DNA of 64,000 bases from a virus (IMGVR_UViG_2933953506_000002:32001-96000); one strand, 5' to 3'. Counted from the stretch's first letter, positions 17,533 through 28,100 are shown. Numbers and translations are program-made. The notes: generated by a model not told the origin, from the sequence alone.

Positions 17533-18783
17533 ATGCAGATAGTTGTCGCTGGTCAGGGCTATGTAGGGCTTCCCCTGGCCGTACGCGCGGCCGAGGTGGG
17601 ACACCGTGTCGTCGGCTACGACGTGGACACGGACCGTGTCCAGCAGCTCGCCGCCGGCCAGTCCTACGTGCGGGACGTGGACTCCTCGCGGCTGCGCGCA
17701 GTGCTGGACTCCGGGGCCTACTCCTCGACCGCCGACGGTGCCGCGCTGGCCGGCTTCGACATCGCGGTGATCACCGTGCCGACCCCGCTGCGGGACGGCG
17801 TGCCCGACCTGACCTACATCGAGTCCTGCGCCCGGACACTGGGGGAGCACCTGTACCCCGGCGCGACGGTGGTCCTGGAGTCCACGAGCTATCCCGGCAC
17901 CACCGAGGAGCTGCTGCTGCCGATCCTGGAAGAGACCTCGGGCCTCAAGGGCGGGGCGGACTTCCTGGCCGGCTTCAGCCCCGAGCGGATCGGAAACAAG
18001 CGGTGGTCGTTCGACGGGACGCCGAAGCTGGTGTCCGGAATCGACGCCAAATCGCTCGACGTGATCAAGGGTTTCTACGACGGCATCTTCGAGACCACGG
18101 TGCCGGTGTCAGGGCCGAAGGTCGCCGAGCTGGCCAAGCTGCTGGAGAACACCTTCCGGTTCGTCAACATCTCCATGATCAACGAGATGGCGATGCTGGC
18201 CGATGCCCTCGGCGTGAACATCTGGGAGGCGATCGACGCCGCCGCGACCAAGCCGTTCGGATTCACGAAGTTCACCCCGGGGCCGGGGGTCGGCGGGCAC
18301 TGTCTGCCCGTCGACCCGATGTTCCTCTCGTGGAAGGCCCAGCAGGAGCTTGGCATCCCGTTCCGGTTCGCGGAACTCGCCGCCGACGTGAACTTGCACA
18401 TGCCCGACTACGTCGTCCGGCGCCTCGTGGAAGCACTCAACAAGCGAGGCATGCCGGTCAACGGATCTCGGATTCTGCTGCTCGGCCTGACCTACAAGTT
18501 CAACGCCACCGACCTTCGCAATTCCCCTTCGACACGTGTCGCCGAACTTCTCATCGGCCTCGGCGCCGATGTCCGCGGCGCCGAACCCAACATCCCGGAC
18601 AACGACGACACCCGGCTGAACGTGCCCCGGGTCGATGCCACCCCGGAAGAGGTGGCCGCCGCTGATGCGGTGGTTCTTCTCATGGATCATCCGCGATTCG
18701 ACCTCGCGATGATCGAGGAGCACGCGCCGTACGTGCTCGACTGCCGAAACCGCCTGTCCGGAGCGAACGTCGAGACCCTGTAG
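17533..18783 (+). CDS. nucleotide-sugar dehydrogenase (UDP-GlcNAc/ManNAc 6-dehydrogenase family)
   Basis: GQGYVGLP, VPTP, ESTSYPGTT, KLLENTFR.VN, GVGGHC catalytic Cys; AGGAG RBS. Confidence 0.92.
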   Translation: MQIVVAGQGYVGLPLAVRAAEVGHRVVGYDVDTDRVQQLAAGQSYVRDVDSSRLRAVLDSGAYSSTADGAALAGFDIAVITVPTPLRDGVPDLTYIESCARTLGEHLYPGATVVLESTSYPGTTEELLLPILEETSGLKGGADFLAGFSPERIGNKRWSFDGTPKLVSGIDAKSLDVIKGFYDGIFETTVPVSGPKVAELAKLLENTFRFVNISMINEMAMLADALGVNIWEAIDAAATKPFGFTKFTPGPGVGGHCLPVDPMFLSWKAQQELGIPFRFAELAADVNLHMPDYVVRRLVEALNKRGMPVNGSRILLLGLTYKFNATDLRNSPSTRVAELLIGLGADVRGAEPNIPDNDDTRLNVPRVDATPEEVAAADAVVLLMDHPRFDLAMIEEHAPYVLDCRNRLSGANVETL

Positions 18784-18831
18784 CTCCCGAACTCCCCTGG
18801 CCTGCTGCTGACTTCAACCCCCGGAGTTCCC

Positions 18832-20217
18832 TTGCGTGAAGAATGGGAGCACGTCCACACGGACTACGCCCGGCCCGCGCAGCGCCCCGCTCCTGCCTCG
18901 TTGGCCGAGAGCGAGGGCGACTGGCGCCGCTACCTGGAAGATGACACCCCGAACGGTTGGCTGATCCAGCACAGCGCGATGGCGGAAGCACTCGCCAGCG
19001 GCCGACCCATGTACCTGCTGCACACCACCAAGGACATCGCCGCGATCCGCACCAGCGGTGAGCTGCACGTCTCCACCGGGTGCCTGGTCGGGGCCCTGTA
19101 CTGCTCCCCTCTGGTACGTCAGCGTGAAGGAATGCGTCCGCACAATCTCGGCGCCTACCTGATGCAGACGAAGCCCGACACCACGCCCATGATCTTCGAG
19201 GTCATCCCGGACGCTCCGATCCCAACCAAGGGTGTGGATTATCTGCGTCTCGGTGCCATCCACCTGCGTACCTACCTGCGCTACCGGAGCTTTCTCACCC
19301 GGGCCGAGAACGGCCAGCTCGACCATGTCGTGCTGGCCGGACTGGGCGCCGCGGCCGGATTCCTCGACCTGGCCCTGCGCAACGCAGTCGGCCGCGCCAC
19401 GGCGGCCCCCGAGTTCATCGACCAGTTGGCCGCTGCCGTGCCCGCCGTACCGTTTCTCGGCTACCTGTACTTCGAGGTGCTGTCCGAGTACCTGATGCTC
19501 AACTCCACGACTCCGGAGACCAAGGGCTACGCCCAGGTCGGAGAGCTGAACAACTGGCTGTACAAGCGACTCGCGTTCGCCGCCGTGGACGGCATGCACC
19601 GGTTGTTCGACCTGGCCCGCTTCCATCCGCGCCACCAGCAGCTCGTCCAGCTCATCGCCAGCGTGGAACCGGCGCTCGCTCCGGGAGTCGCCGAGTACGT
19701 GCGGCGGCGGCTGTCCCATCTGTTCGCCCGGATCGCGCTGCACCCGTCCCAGGACGCGGCCACGGTGACCTTCCGGGGCATTGATCTCAGCGCGCTCCGG
19801 TACGTCGCGCCGGGACTGACCGGGCAGATGATCTTTCGCGAGATCCGGTACATGCCGCGCTATCGGCAGCTCTACCACTGCTTCGAGAAGGCCAAGGCAC
19901 TGGAGGCTTGGGACTACTGGAACCACGAGGGCATCCCCACGCCCTTCAACGGCATCCTCCCCAAGGGCGAGATCGGGATACATCCCGTCTACCCCCGGTC
20001 GGCCGTCAGGGCGTGGACGGCAAAGCAGGACAGCAGAGGCTTCCTGCACCCAGCCCAGGAGATCACCGCGGTTCTCACGCCGCACCTGGCGTCGTGGTGG
20101 GCGCCCCCTCGCAACCGCGGACGGGTGATCACCACCGATCCGCAGGTCACAGTGGACCGTAGTGCCCCGTCCTCGGTTCCCGCCCACCGATCATCCATCG
20201 AGGGGATCTCCGCGTGA
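18832..20217 (+). CDS. hypothetical protein, possible ADP-ribosyltransferase-like fold
   Basis: long high-GC3 ORF coupled to GT4 (GTGA); YLLHTT..I..SG.L..S.GCL.GALY and PKGEIGI. Confidence 0.6.
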   Translation: MREEWEHVHTDYARPAQRPAPASLAESEGDWRRYLEDDTPNGWLIQHSAMAEALASGRPMYLLHTTKDIAAIRTSGELHVSTGCLVGALYCSPLVRQREGMRPHNLGAYLMQTKPDTTPMIFEVIPDAPIPTKGVDYLRLGAIHLRTYLRYRSFLTRAENGQLDHVVLAGLGAAAGFLDLALRNAVGRATAAPEFIDQLAAAVPAVPFLGYLYFEVLSEYLMLNSTTPETKGYAQVGELNNWLYKRLAFAAVDGMHRLFDLARFHPRHQQLVQLIASVEPALAPGVAEYVRRRLSHLFARIALHPSQDAATVTFRGIDLSALRYVAPGLTGQMIFREIRYMPRYRQLYHCFEKAKALEAWDYWNHEGIPTPFNGILPKGEIGIHPVYPRSAVRAWTAKQDSRGFLHPAQEITAVLTPHLASWWAPPRNRGRVITTDPQVTVDRSAPSSVPAHRSSIEGISA

Positions 20218-21380
20218 CCACGAAACCCTTGACGATCCTCACGGGCATCAACCGCACGTCCGAGCCTTCGTCCGGCAGCATGATCCTCGTCAGCGACCTC
20301 TACCGCGCCATGCCCGACACCCATACGACCTTCCTCGGCCGGACACCGGTCCATCACGTGTGGAAGACCGCGTTCGATCACCTGATCCCCCTCTCCACGA
20401 CGAAACGACCCCAGGGCCCCGGCTTCGACACCTACGTGGACAAGCTGACGCAAGAGGTAGGGACGCTCATCGAGCAGATCCGACCCGACGCCATCCACGC
20501 CCAGAACGTCGGGTTCGCGCTCAGCCTCGCGCTCAGTCGCACCGCCGGCACCATCCCGATCATCTCCATCGCTCACGGCCCCGAAGTGATGGCGGCCGAG
20601 CGCAACACGGCGGAACACGAGGCCCTGCTCGAAGTCGCCGGCGCCAGCGCCGCGATCGTCACCCCGACCTCCGTCCTCGCCGACCGCATCGACCGCCTCA
20701 CCGGGCGCCGGTTCACCGACCGCATCGTCATCATCCCGTGGGGCATCCGTCTGGCCGATGCCCATGTACGTGATCAGCCCTCCGCAGGGACCGGACCCCT
20801 GTCTCTGGTACAGGCCGGCCGCCTGGACGACAACAAATCCACGATCACCGCCGTCGAATCCCTCGCATTGACCGATCAGCCACACCACTTGACCGTGATC
20901 GGCAACGGACCCCTACGCGAGTACCTGGAACAGCGGGCTACCGACCTCGGCCTGCGGGATCGGGTCCATTTTCATCCGTTCCTGCCCCGTGCCGAACTCT
21001 GGCGCCGCCTGCCGAACTTCGACGCCTGGGTCTTCACAACCACGGGTCTGGAGGCTTTCGGACTCGTCCTCATTGAGGCTCAAGCCCACGGACTCCCGGT
21101 TGTCTACTCCGATCTTCCCGGAGTGAGGGAAATCCTCGGAGGCGCTGGCATCGCCTACACTCCGGGCGACCCGCTCTCGCTGGCTGCGGCCCTAGACGAG
21201 ATGGGCCGGGACTCCCACCAACGCCGGGCCCTGAACAAAGCGGCTCTCAATAACGCGCGCCGATACGACATCACTACCACCGGCCGCCAGCTTCGCGAAC
21301 TGACGCTCCGCGTTACCTCCCCACGGGGCAGTCATCGGTGGGGCCCGTGCACCAAGGGCCCCACCGATGTTGGGGTGTAA
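20214..21380 (+). CDS. GT4 (GT-B) glycosyltransferase
   Basis: GRL...K, IGNGP, EAFGLVLIEAQAHGLPVV (E-x7-E motif). Confidence 0.9.
   Translation: MTTKPLTILTGINRTSEPSSGSMILVSDLYRAMPDTHTTFLGRTPVHHVWKTAFDHLIPLSTTKRPQGPGFDTYVDKLTQEVGTLIEQIRPDAIHAQNVGFALSLALSRTAGTIPIISIAHGPEVMAAERNTAEHEALLEVAGASAAIVTPTSVLADRIDRLTGRRFTDRIVIIPWGIRLADAHVRDQPSAGTGPLSLVQAGRLDDNKSTITAVESLALTDQPHHLTVIGNGPLREYLEQRATDLGLRDRVHFHPFLPRAELWRRLPNFDAWVFTTTGLEAFGLVLIEAQAHGLPVVYSDLPGVREILGGAGIAYTPGDPLSLAAALDEMGRDSHQRRALNKAALNNARRYDITTTGRQLRELTLRVTSPRGSHRWGPCTKGPTDVGV
21333..21369 (+). terminator. perfect 14-bp stem-loop overlapping the GT4 3' end
   Basis: CATCGGTGGGGCCC-GTGCACCAA-GGGCCCCACCGATG. Confidence 0.6.
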
Positions 21381-21456
21381 CAGAACGCGGTCGTTGACGT
21401 TCCGGCTGTGAAGGGGGTTGCGCTTTACGTCAATCCCGCGTTGATCCGGAGGAACG

Positions 21457-21966
21457 GTGACGACCGCTATAGCTGCCCTTTCGTCCACGACCGGCAGGTC
21501 GCACCTGCAGGAGTCTCTGTTCTCGTGGCTCGCCCCGGAGAGCACTCCGCCCCTGCCCGAGACCAAGGCCCTGGTGGAGTCCGACCCCGAAGGCCCGCCC
21601 GAGCCCCCCGCCGAGGAGGAGAAGGCCGACCTCTCCCACGTCTGGGTTGTGGCCGCGGAGATCGAGGTCATCCCGAAGATTGCGAAGGTGGCCGACTACC
21701 GCGGCAGCTTCAAGGCGAGCGAGGGCCAGCGCATCGACGCGCTCGAGGTCTACTGCAAGGGATGCCGACGCCCGTACGACGAAGTCACCGGCCAGGACTG
21801 CTCAGCGAAGATCGACAACCGGCACTTGATCGGCGGCGACCAGAGCACCCGGGCCAAGCGGAAGATCCCCGTCCCGCCCCGGAACGCCCGGGTCGTGCCC
21901 GGCGGCCGTATCCAGCGCCGCGGCATCGAGGCCTACGTGGGAGGGGTGTCGCGGCCCCCGCGCTGA
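21457..21966 (+). CDS. phage hypothetical protein (putative Zn-binding)
   Basis: GGAGG RBS plus GTG; H...CKGC...C...H motif. Confidence 0.75.
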   Translation: MTTAIAALSSTTGRSHLQESLFSWLAPESTPPLPETKALVESDPEGPPEPPAEEEKADLSHVWVVAAEIEVIPKIAKVADYRGSFKASEGQRIDALEVYCKGCRRPYDEVTGQDCSAKIDNRHLIGGDQSTRAKRKIPVPPRNARVVPGGRIQRRGIEAYVGGVSRPPR

Positions 21967-21970
21967 CCAC

Positions 21971-22000
21971 GCGACACTAACGCCGCCCGCTGTCCACTGT
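21971..22000 (+). promoter_or_regulatory. phage late-promoter motif copy (leaderless GTG 22008)
   Basis: GCGACACTAAC at 21971, CACTGT at +24, start codon at +37. Confidence 0.7.
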
Positions 22001-22007
22001 GCGCGGC

Positions 22008-22361
22008 GTGACTACTCAGCGAACCTCCTGGGCGCTCGCGCGTGAAGCCGCCGGCCTGTTCCTCACCGCGTTCGGCCTGCTCGGCGTCCTCGTGGCGTTG
22101 GGCGCACTCCACTGGGCCGCCGGACTCTCCGCCGCGATGGCCGGTCTCCTCGCCACGGGCCTGTTCATGCGCCCGAAGCCGACCGCAGCGCCCTGGGCGC
22201 ACCTTGCCCGTGCCGCCGTCTGCATCCTCGGCTACGGCGGTCTCACCGGCTGCGCGTTCGCCCTCTGCACCCCCCTGGGCTGGATCGGCGTCGCCCTGGC
22301 GGTCGTGCTCCTCGGCCTGTGGCTCACCACCCGTGAGCACGAGGACGAGGGGGCCGCCTGA
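22008..22361 (+). CDS. small 4-TM membrane protein upstream of portal
   Basis: duplicated hydrophobic hairpins; stop overlaps the portal ATG (TGATG). Confidence 0.75.
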   Translation: MTTQRTSWALAREAAGLFLTAFGLLGVLVALGALHWAAGLSAAMAGLLATGLFMRPKPTAAPWAHLARAAVCILGYGGLTGCAFALCTPLGWIGVALAVVLLGLWLTTREHEDEGAA

Positions 22362-24820
22362 TGCCCCGCCAGTTCCTCCCCACGCTCCGGGGACTCCTCG
22401 TTCCGCGCTCCGCTGCTCCCCCACCCGCACCGACCGCTGAGACCAAGGACCTGCTCGCGGGCAACGCGTACGTGTCGATGACCTACGCCGGCGTCACGAA
22501 CGTGTGGGGCACGCCCGGCCGAGCGGACGGCTGGGACATGGAACGCGTCATCGTCGAGGGTTACGAGCGCTCCATCTGGACCTTCAAGTCCATCGAGGCG
22601 ATCAGCAAGCACGCCAGCACCCTCCCGATTCAAATCGGCCGAGGCGGAGACGAACGGCGCTTCGAGGAGACCCTCGACGATCACCCGCTGTTGAAGCTGC
22701 TCAACAAGAAGGCCAATCCGCTGGAGAGCGGCGATGTCTTCAAGAAGCGGCTGAGCGCGCAGCTCCTTCTGTCGAAGAAGGGCGTCTTCATCGAGAAGAC
22801 CTACAGCCGTGGCGGCACCCTCGTACGTCTCGACCTGCTTCCGCCGGACCGCGTCCAGATCATCCCCGACGACCGCAACGCCGACTATGTGAAGCACTTT
22901 GAGTTCACGGACTACAGCGGCCACGTCCGGGAGCTGCTGCCCAATCACGTCATTTGGATTCGCGATCCCCACCCCGTCGACCCTTTTTGCGGCGTCACCC
23001 CGCTCGAAGCGGCGGGCCTGTCCATCGACCTGGACGTGAAGGCCCGCACCTACAACATCAGTTTTATTGACAATGACGGCAGACCGGGCGGAATTGTCGG
23101 TATCGACCTGGACGGCGTCGACCAGCGCGAGGTCGACCGCATCCAGAAGCGACTGGCCCCCGGCGCGCACAACGCCGGCCAGCTCACCCTCGTCGGCACC
23201 GGGCCCGGCGGCGTCACCTACGTCGACACCTCCGCCCGCCCCCGCGAGATGGCCTACGAGACGCTGTCCAGTACCTCCAAGGGCGAGATCCTGGCCGCGT
23301 TCGGCGTCCCAGAGAGCATCGTCGGCAATGCCTCCGAGCGGACCTACGCGAACGCCGACCGCGAGGAATACAACTTCTGGGACCACACGGAACTGCCCCA
23401 CCTCAACCTGATCGCGTCCGGGTTCGACGCGGACCTTGATGACGAGTGGATCGTCCGCTTCGACACCTCCAGTGTTCAGGCGTTGGAGTTTCCCCGTCGT
23501 CAGGCCCGGGAGGAAGCCCGCAAGGAGTGGGAAGCCGGCCTCATCACGATCGACGAGTACCGGGAGATCGCGGGGCGCCCGGCATTCAACGTCCCACAGT
23601 CCCGGGCCCTGTGGATCTCTCCGCAGAAGGCCCCCGTCCCCGCCAACGACCAGGACGCCGCCGCACTGGGCCTCGGCCCCGACCCGGCCGCGGGTGGAAC
23701 ACCCGGAGCCGCGCCCACCGGCGCCCCGCTCCCGCCGACCGCTCCGGACACCGCGGCCGCCGACGTCGCCGCCGCCCGCGCTCTGGACGCTGGCCCGAGC
23801 GCCGCCGCGGATGTCGCCGCCGCACGGGCGCAGGGCACTCCCCTCGCCCTGCCTGCCGGTTCGACGGCTACCGACGCCGTCGCCGCGGCCCGCGCCACCA
23901 CTACCGACAGCGGCCCCGGCGACGCGGCCGCCGACGTCGACCGCGCCCGCAGCACTCAGAACGCTGCACTCCCCGGCGACGCCGCCGAGGACGTCGAAGC
24001 CGCACGCGCCACGGTCGAGACCAAGGCCCTGCCCGAGGACGACGGATACGAGGTCACTGACGACGACTTCGACGCTCTGTCTATGGCCGTGGCCACAGCC
24101 GTCACCGCGCTCCTCGCACGCCAGGAAGGCGTCATACTCGCCCGGCTCCGCGCCCCGAAAATCCGCAAGTACACGAGGTACTGGGAGCCAGAGAACGACG
24201 ACGACGTCCGGCACGTCGACACCGACCTCGACCAGGACCGTGTGGTCAGCGCCGCCCGCTGGGCCGAGGAGACCAGCCAATCCCTGACCCCGATCCTGCA
24301 GCAGGCGGCCATCGCCACGGCACGCAAGGTCGGCCAGGCCCTCACCAGCACGGACGAGGTCCCGCCGGCCGCGGCCGCGGCCGCCATTGTTACCGCGGCG
24401 TACGCCGGCGAGGCCATGACCACGTTCCTCCGCGAACTGGCCACCGCCTTGTTCGACGCGCAGCACGGCGTACCGACGATCAGCGACCTCGAGAACACAG
24501 TCGCCTTCTTCTACCGCTCCGCGGCCCCCAGCCTGGTGGCACGGCTGGCCGAAGCCTGCGCCGTGGCGACCATCAACGGCGCCGCAGACGCGGCCGCGGA
24601 GCACGCCGGCCCCGATGTCGTCCGGACCTGGATCACCCGCGGAGACACCCGCGTACGGCCCGCTCACAAGGCGCTCCACGGCACGACGCTGCCCGTCGGC
24701 ACCCCGTACACCGTCGACGGCGCCAGCCTCCGCTACCCCGGCGACCCCTTCGCCCCCATCGCCCTCACGATCAACTGCCGCTGCCGCCTGCACTACGCCA
24801 CCGACAAGGAGCCCCAGTGA
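22361..24820 (+). CDS. phage portal protein fused to C-terminal MuF (phage minor head) domain
   Basis: HK97-like portal motifs (HPLLKLLN..NP, G.TPLEAA, ILAAFGVP..IVG...TYANA, GLITIDEYR); C-terminal RTWIT.GD.RVRPAH...YPGDP...INCRC. Confidence 0.9.
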   Translation: MPRQFLPTLRGLLVPRSAAPPPAPTAETKDLLAGNAYVSMTYAGVTNVWGTPGRADGWDMERVIVEGYERSIWTFKSIEAISKHASTLPIQIGRGGDERRFEETLDDHPLLKLLNKKANPLESGDVFKKRLSAQLLLSKKGVFIEKTYSRGGTLVRLDLLPPDRVQIIPDDRNADYVKHFEFTDYSGHVRELLPNHVIWIRDPHPVDPFCGVTPLEAAGLSIDLDVKARTYNISFIDNDGRPGGIVGIDLDGVDQREVDRIQKRLAPGAHNAGQLTLVGTGPGGVTYVDTSARPREMAYETLSSTSKGEILAAFGVPESIVGNASERTYANADREEYNFWDHTELPHLNLIASGFDADLDDEWIVRFDTSSVQALEFPRRQAREEARKEWEAGLITIDEYREIAGRPAFNVPQSRALWISPQKAPVPANDQDAAALGLGPDPAAGGTPGAAPTGAPLPPTAPDTAAADVAAARALDAGPSAAADVAAARAQGTPLALPAGSTATDAVAAARATTTDSGPGDAAADVDRARSTQNAALPGDAAEDVEAARATVETKALPEDDGYEVTDDDFDALSMAVATAVTALLARQEGVILARLRAPKIRKYTRYWEPENDDDVRHVDTDLDQDRVVSAARWAEETSQSLTPILQQAAIATARKVGQALTSTDEVPPAAAAAAIVTAAYAGEAMTTFLRELATALFDAQHGVPTISDLENTVAFFYRSAAPSLVARLAEACAVATINGAADAAAEHAGPDVVRTWITRGDTRVRPAHKALHGTTLPVGTPYTVDGASLRYPGDPFAPIALTINCRCRLHYATDKEPQ

Positions 24821-25062
24821 GACGCACAGCCAGCTTCATCCGACGGAACCTCAGCGCGTTTCTCTGGGGCGGCTGGGCGCTGTTCTTCGCCGTCTACGAG
24901 ACCATCGCGCTGATTACCAAGAAGGACGACGACACGCTGAGCGAGAACACGCGCAAGCTGTTCCGCATTCGCAGCTCGAAGGCAGGACGCGCCGCGTTCA
25001 CGGTCATCTTGGGCGGGGGCGCAGCGTGGTTCCTCCTGCACATCCTCACCGAGACGATGTAA
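24817..25062 (+). CDS. small 2-TM membrane protein
   Basis: AAGGAG RBS, GTGA overlap; two hydrophobic helices around DDTLSEN. Confidence 0.75.
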   Translation: MRRTASFIRRNLSAFLWGGWALFFAVYETIALITKKDDDTLSENTRKLFRIRSSKAGRAAFTVILGGGAAWFLLHILTETM

Positions 25063-25080
25063 GAGCGGGCTCGCGGGCGG

Positions 25081-25110
25081 CTTGCACAATTGTGCAAGAA
25101 CGATCTTGGG
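25081..25110. promoter_or_regulatory. 29-30 bp operator, copy 1
   Basis: perfect 18-bp palindrome CTTGCACAATTGTGCAAG plus AACGATCTTGGG; recurs at 42508 and inverted at 48523. Confidence 0.75.
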
Positions 25111-25133
25111 TGCGGAGGGTTGTCCCGCAGCGC

Positions 25134-25163
25134 GCGACGCTAACCACCCGCACTGTGCATGGT
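25134..25163 (+). promoter_or_regulatory. phage late-promoter motif copy (leaderless ATG 25171)
   Basis: GCGACGCTAAC, CATGGT at +24, ATG at +37. Confidence 0.7.
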
Positions 25164-25170
25164 CCGCGCC

Positions 25171-28100
25171 ATGCTGAATCGCCCCACTGCACAGGCTGAG
25201 TCGCAGGACCTGAGTCGCGACCTCGAGGTCAAGGTCACGCGCCGGCCGTGGAACCCTGCCCTGCACCCCCGGGACAGCAAGGGCCGCTTCATCGAGACCG
25301 GCGGCGTGGTGAGGACCTGGGGCGGCAAGCTCGCGCGCGTCATCCGTGCGCTCCCGCACGACCGCATCCTCGTCCAGGACCAGACCGGCCCGGACGAGTT
25401 CCGCGGCCGCAGGCACACCACCAGTGCCAAGTGGGTCAGCATGGTCGCGCGCCCCGACGGCAGCGCGCCCACCGACGACGAAGAGAAGGTCGCCGAAGAG
25501 GACGAGCGGCGCACCCAGGACCCGCGCCGCGGCAACGGCGTTGCCCGCGACGACGACGGCGACCCCAACACCCCGAACGAGCCTCACGACCAGGACGACA
25601 AGGGCCGCCCGATCGGCGCCGATGACGGCGACGGCCCGGACGACGATGACGACCAGGACGAGCCCGAGGACGGCGCCCACCCGGTCAACGTCGATGCCCT
25701 GCCGAACCAGCAGCATGCCGCCGGGGCCCGGTACGCCGATACCGCCGCCGTCCGCCGCCACTTCATGCAGGTAGCCGCCCAGCCCGGCACGAGCACGGAC
25801 ATGGCCACCTTCCTGCGCTCGGTGGCACACGACGACGACCTGCGGACCACACCGTCCGGCCGACTCCTCATCCTCCTCGACGACCGGCCCGAACACGCCG
25901 GCCGCTGGAACCTCACCGCAACCGGCTCCGGACAGCGCGTCGACGCCGCCGGCACCTTTGCCACCGCCGAGGACGCCGCCCGATTCGCCGAACACCTCGA
26001 CAAGACCGCCGTCAACGGTCAGCTCACCAAGTTCCAGCAGCCGTTCGACTTCTCCGACCCACAACTGGACCGGGCCGCCCACGACTGGCGCTCCACCAAG
26101 GGCGAGAACATCCAGGGCGCCATCCAGCGGGCCCGCACGGAGTTCGACGGCACCCCGGCACCCGCGGCCGCGCCGAAGGCCACCACGGACAGCCCGACCG
26201 ACGGCAACGGCCAGCGCTTCAGCACGCTCCAGGCCGTTCGCGCCCACTGGCAGCAGCGCCTCGACCAGATCAACGAACTCGGCCCGGACAGCCTCCGAGA
26301 GCAGCGCGCCGCGCGACACCTGGAAGGCCTGATTGGCAACGACCGGATCAAGCTTGTCGGCCGCGGCCAGTTCGTCGTCGGCCAGGACCAGAACGGCGAG
26401 TGGTACCTGGTCGCCACTGGCAACGGCCTGCCGCTCCGCCGTCGGTGGACCTCCCAGCAGGAAGCGCAGGCATTCGCCCAGTCCTTCACCGAGAACGCCC
26501 CCATGGGCGACGACGGAAAGCCACTGGACCTCTCCGACCCCAACGTCCGCATCGCGACGTGGCGCTCGGACGACAACCGGTCGATCAGCGAGGTCATCGA
26601 CGCGGCCGCCGAGAGGTTCCAGCGCGACGACGCCGCGGAGGGCGGCCCGGAGGCGACCCCGGCGCCGGCCGCCGCTCCGGAGACGCCCGCCGCCCCGCAG
26701 GCACCGGAGACCCCGGAGGAGCCTCAGACGCCCGCACTGCCGGGCAACGCCGAGCCCGTCGAGGGCGTCGAGGGGTACCACTACGTCAACGACGGCGGCT
26801 CAATCACGCTGTACGGCCCGGACGGACAGGTCGCCGCGACCAGCGAGCGCGGCTACCCGCCGAAGGCCAAGATCGACGGCGTCACCGTGCCCGTGCCGCA
26901 GTACCCGAAGCAAGGCGCCGCGGTGATGGCCCGGCTGCACCGCGCCGCCCAGAACCCCGACCAGCGCGACCGGATCACCGCGGCGTGGGTGATGAAGCCC
27001 GGCAAGGAAGGCAAGCCCGCCAAGCGGGTCATGGTCTTCCGCGGCACCATCAAGGGCGACGAGCGGGACTACAGCGCCGTCGGCTCCACGCGTGCCATCA
27101 AATGGGCCCCGTCCCTGCGGGGGTACTCGACCCAGTCGAACATGACCGAGGCCACCCGGGACGAGCGGATTACCGAGGTCCTGTCCAAGCTCGCCCGCCA
27201 GGGCCGCAACATCCACGTCACCGACGAGACCGCCGCGGGCACCCCCAACGCTCCGGCCAACGCCGTCGACGAGACCGAGGCTCTGCGCGAGGCCATCGCC
27301 AACGCGGACGACCCCCGCCTGTCGCAGATGAAGCACGAGCGGTGGGGCATGCTCAACAGCACCCGCTCCGAGGCCAAGCGCAAGCGACTCAACTCCGAGA
27401 TCGAAATGATCAACGAGGAGTTGAAGCGCCGTCGGCAGGAGCGGGACGAGGCTGCCGCCCGGGACGCCACATCGCTCAGCGACGACGACATCGCCAACCG
27501 CATCCGCGAGTCGCAGGAAGAACGCGGCACGTACGGCTCCCGCAGGGGCCAGGAAGCCAACGACGTTGAGCGGGCCATCTACAGCGAGCGCCGCCGCCGT
27601 TCGCAGGCCCTCGTCGACGATGACACCGATCTGACCACGGCCGCTGAGGACGACCTGGTAAAGGCCCGCGAGACGATCGCCGAACGGGTCCGCATGCACC
27701 AGGCCGCCGGCGACGACCCCGAGGCCGAGCGCATCATGCGCCAGGCCCTGCAGGCGCGGCACGACGCCGTCGTCGGCGAGCAGCAGCGCCGCCATGCCCA
27801 GCAGATCGCCGACCGGCCGCCGGTCGTCGACCTCACCGACGAGGAACTGTCGCAGGAGTACAACGACTTGCTCCGGCGCGACTTCCGGAAGGCCCCGCCG
27901 GAGGCGCAGCAGGTCCTCGAGGGCCGCATGGAGGACGTCAAGCGGGAGCGCCGCGACCGGGAGAAGCGGGCTATCACCGACCGGGACGCCCCCGAGAACC
28001 TGAGTGATGAGGACCTGAAGGCGGAGTACACCGAGCTTCGCCGAACGCGCTCCTCGTACACCGGGACCGACGACGTCAAGGCGGCCCGCAAGGAACGCAT

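Noticed and set aside
25159-25170. ATG 25159 as start of the giant ORF
   Set aside because: It lies within the -10-like hexamer; ATG 25171 matches the +37 spacing seen at other promoters
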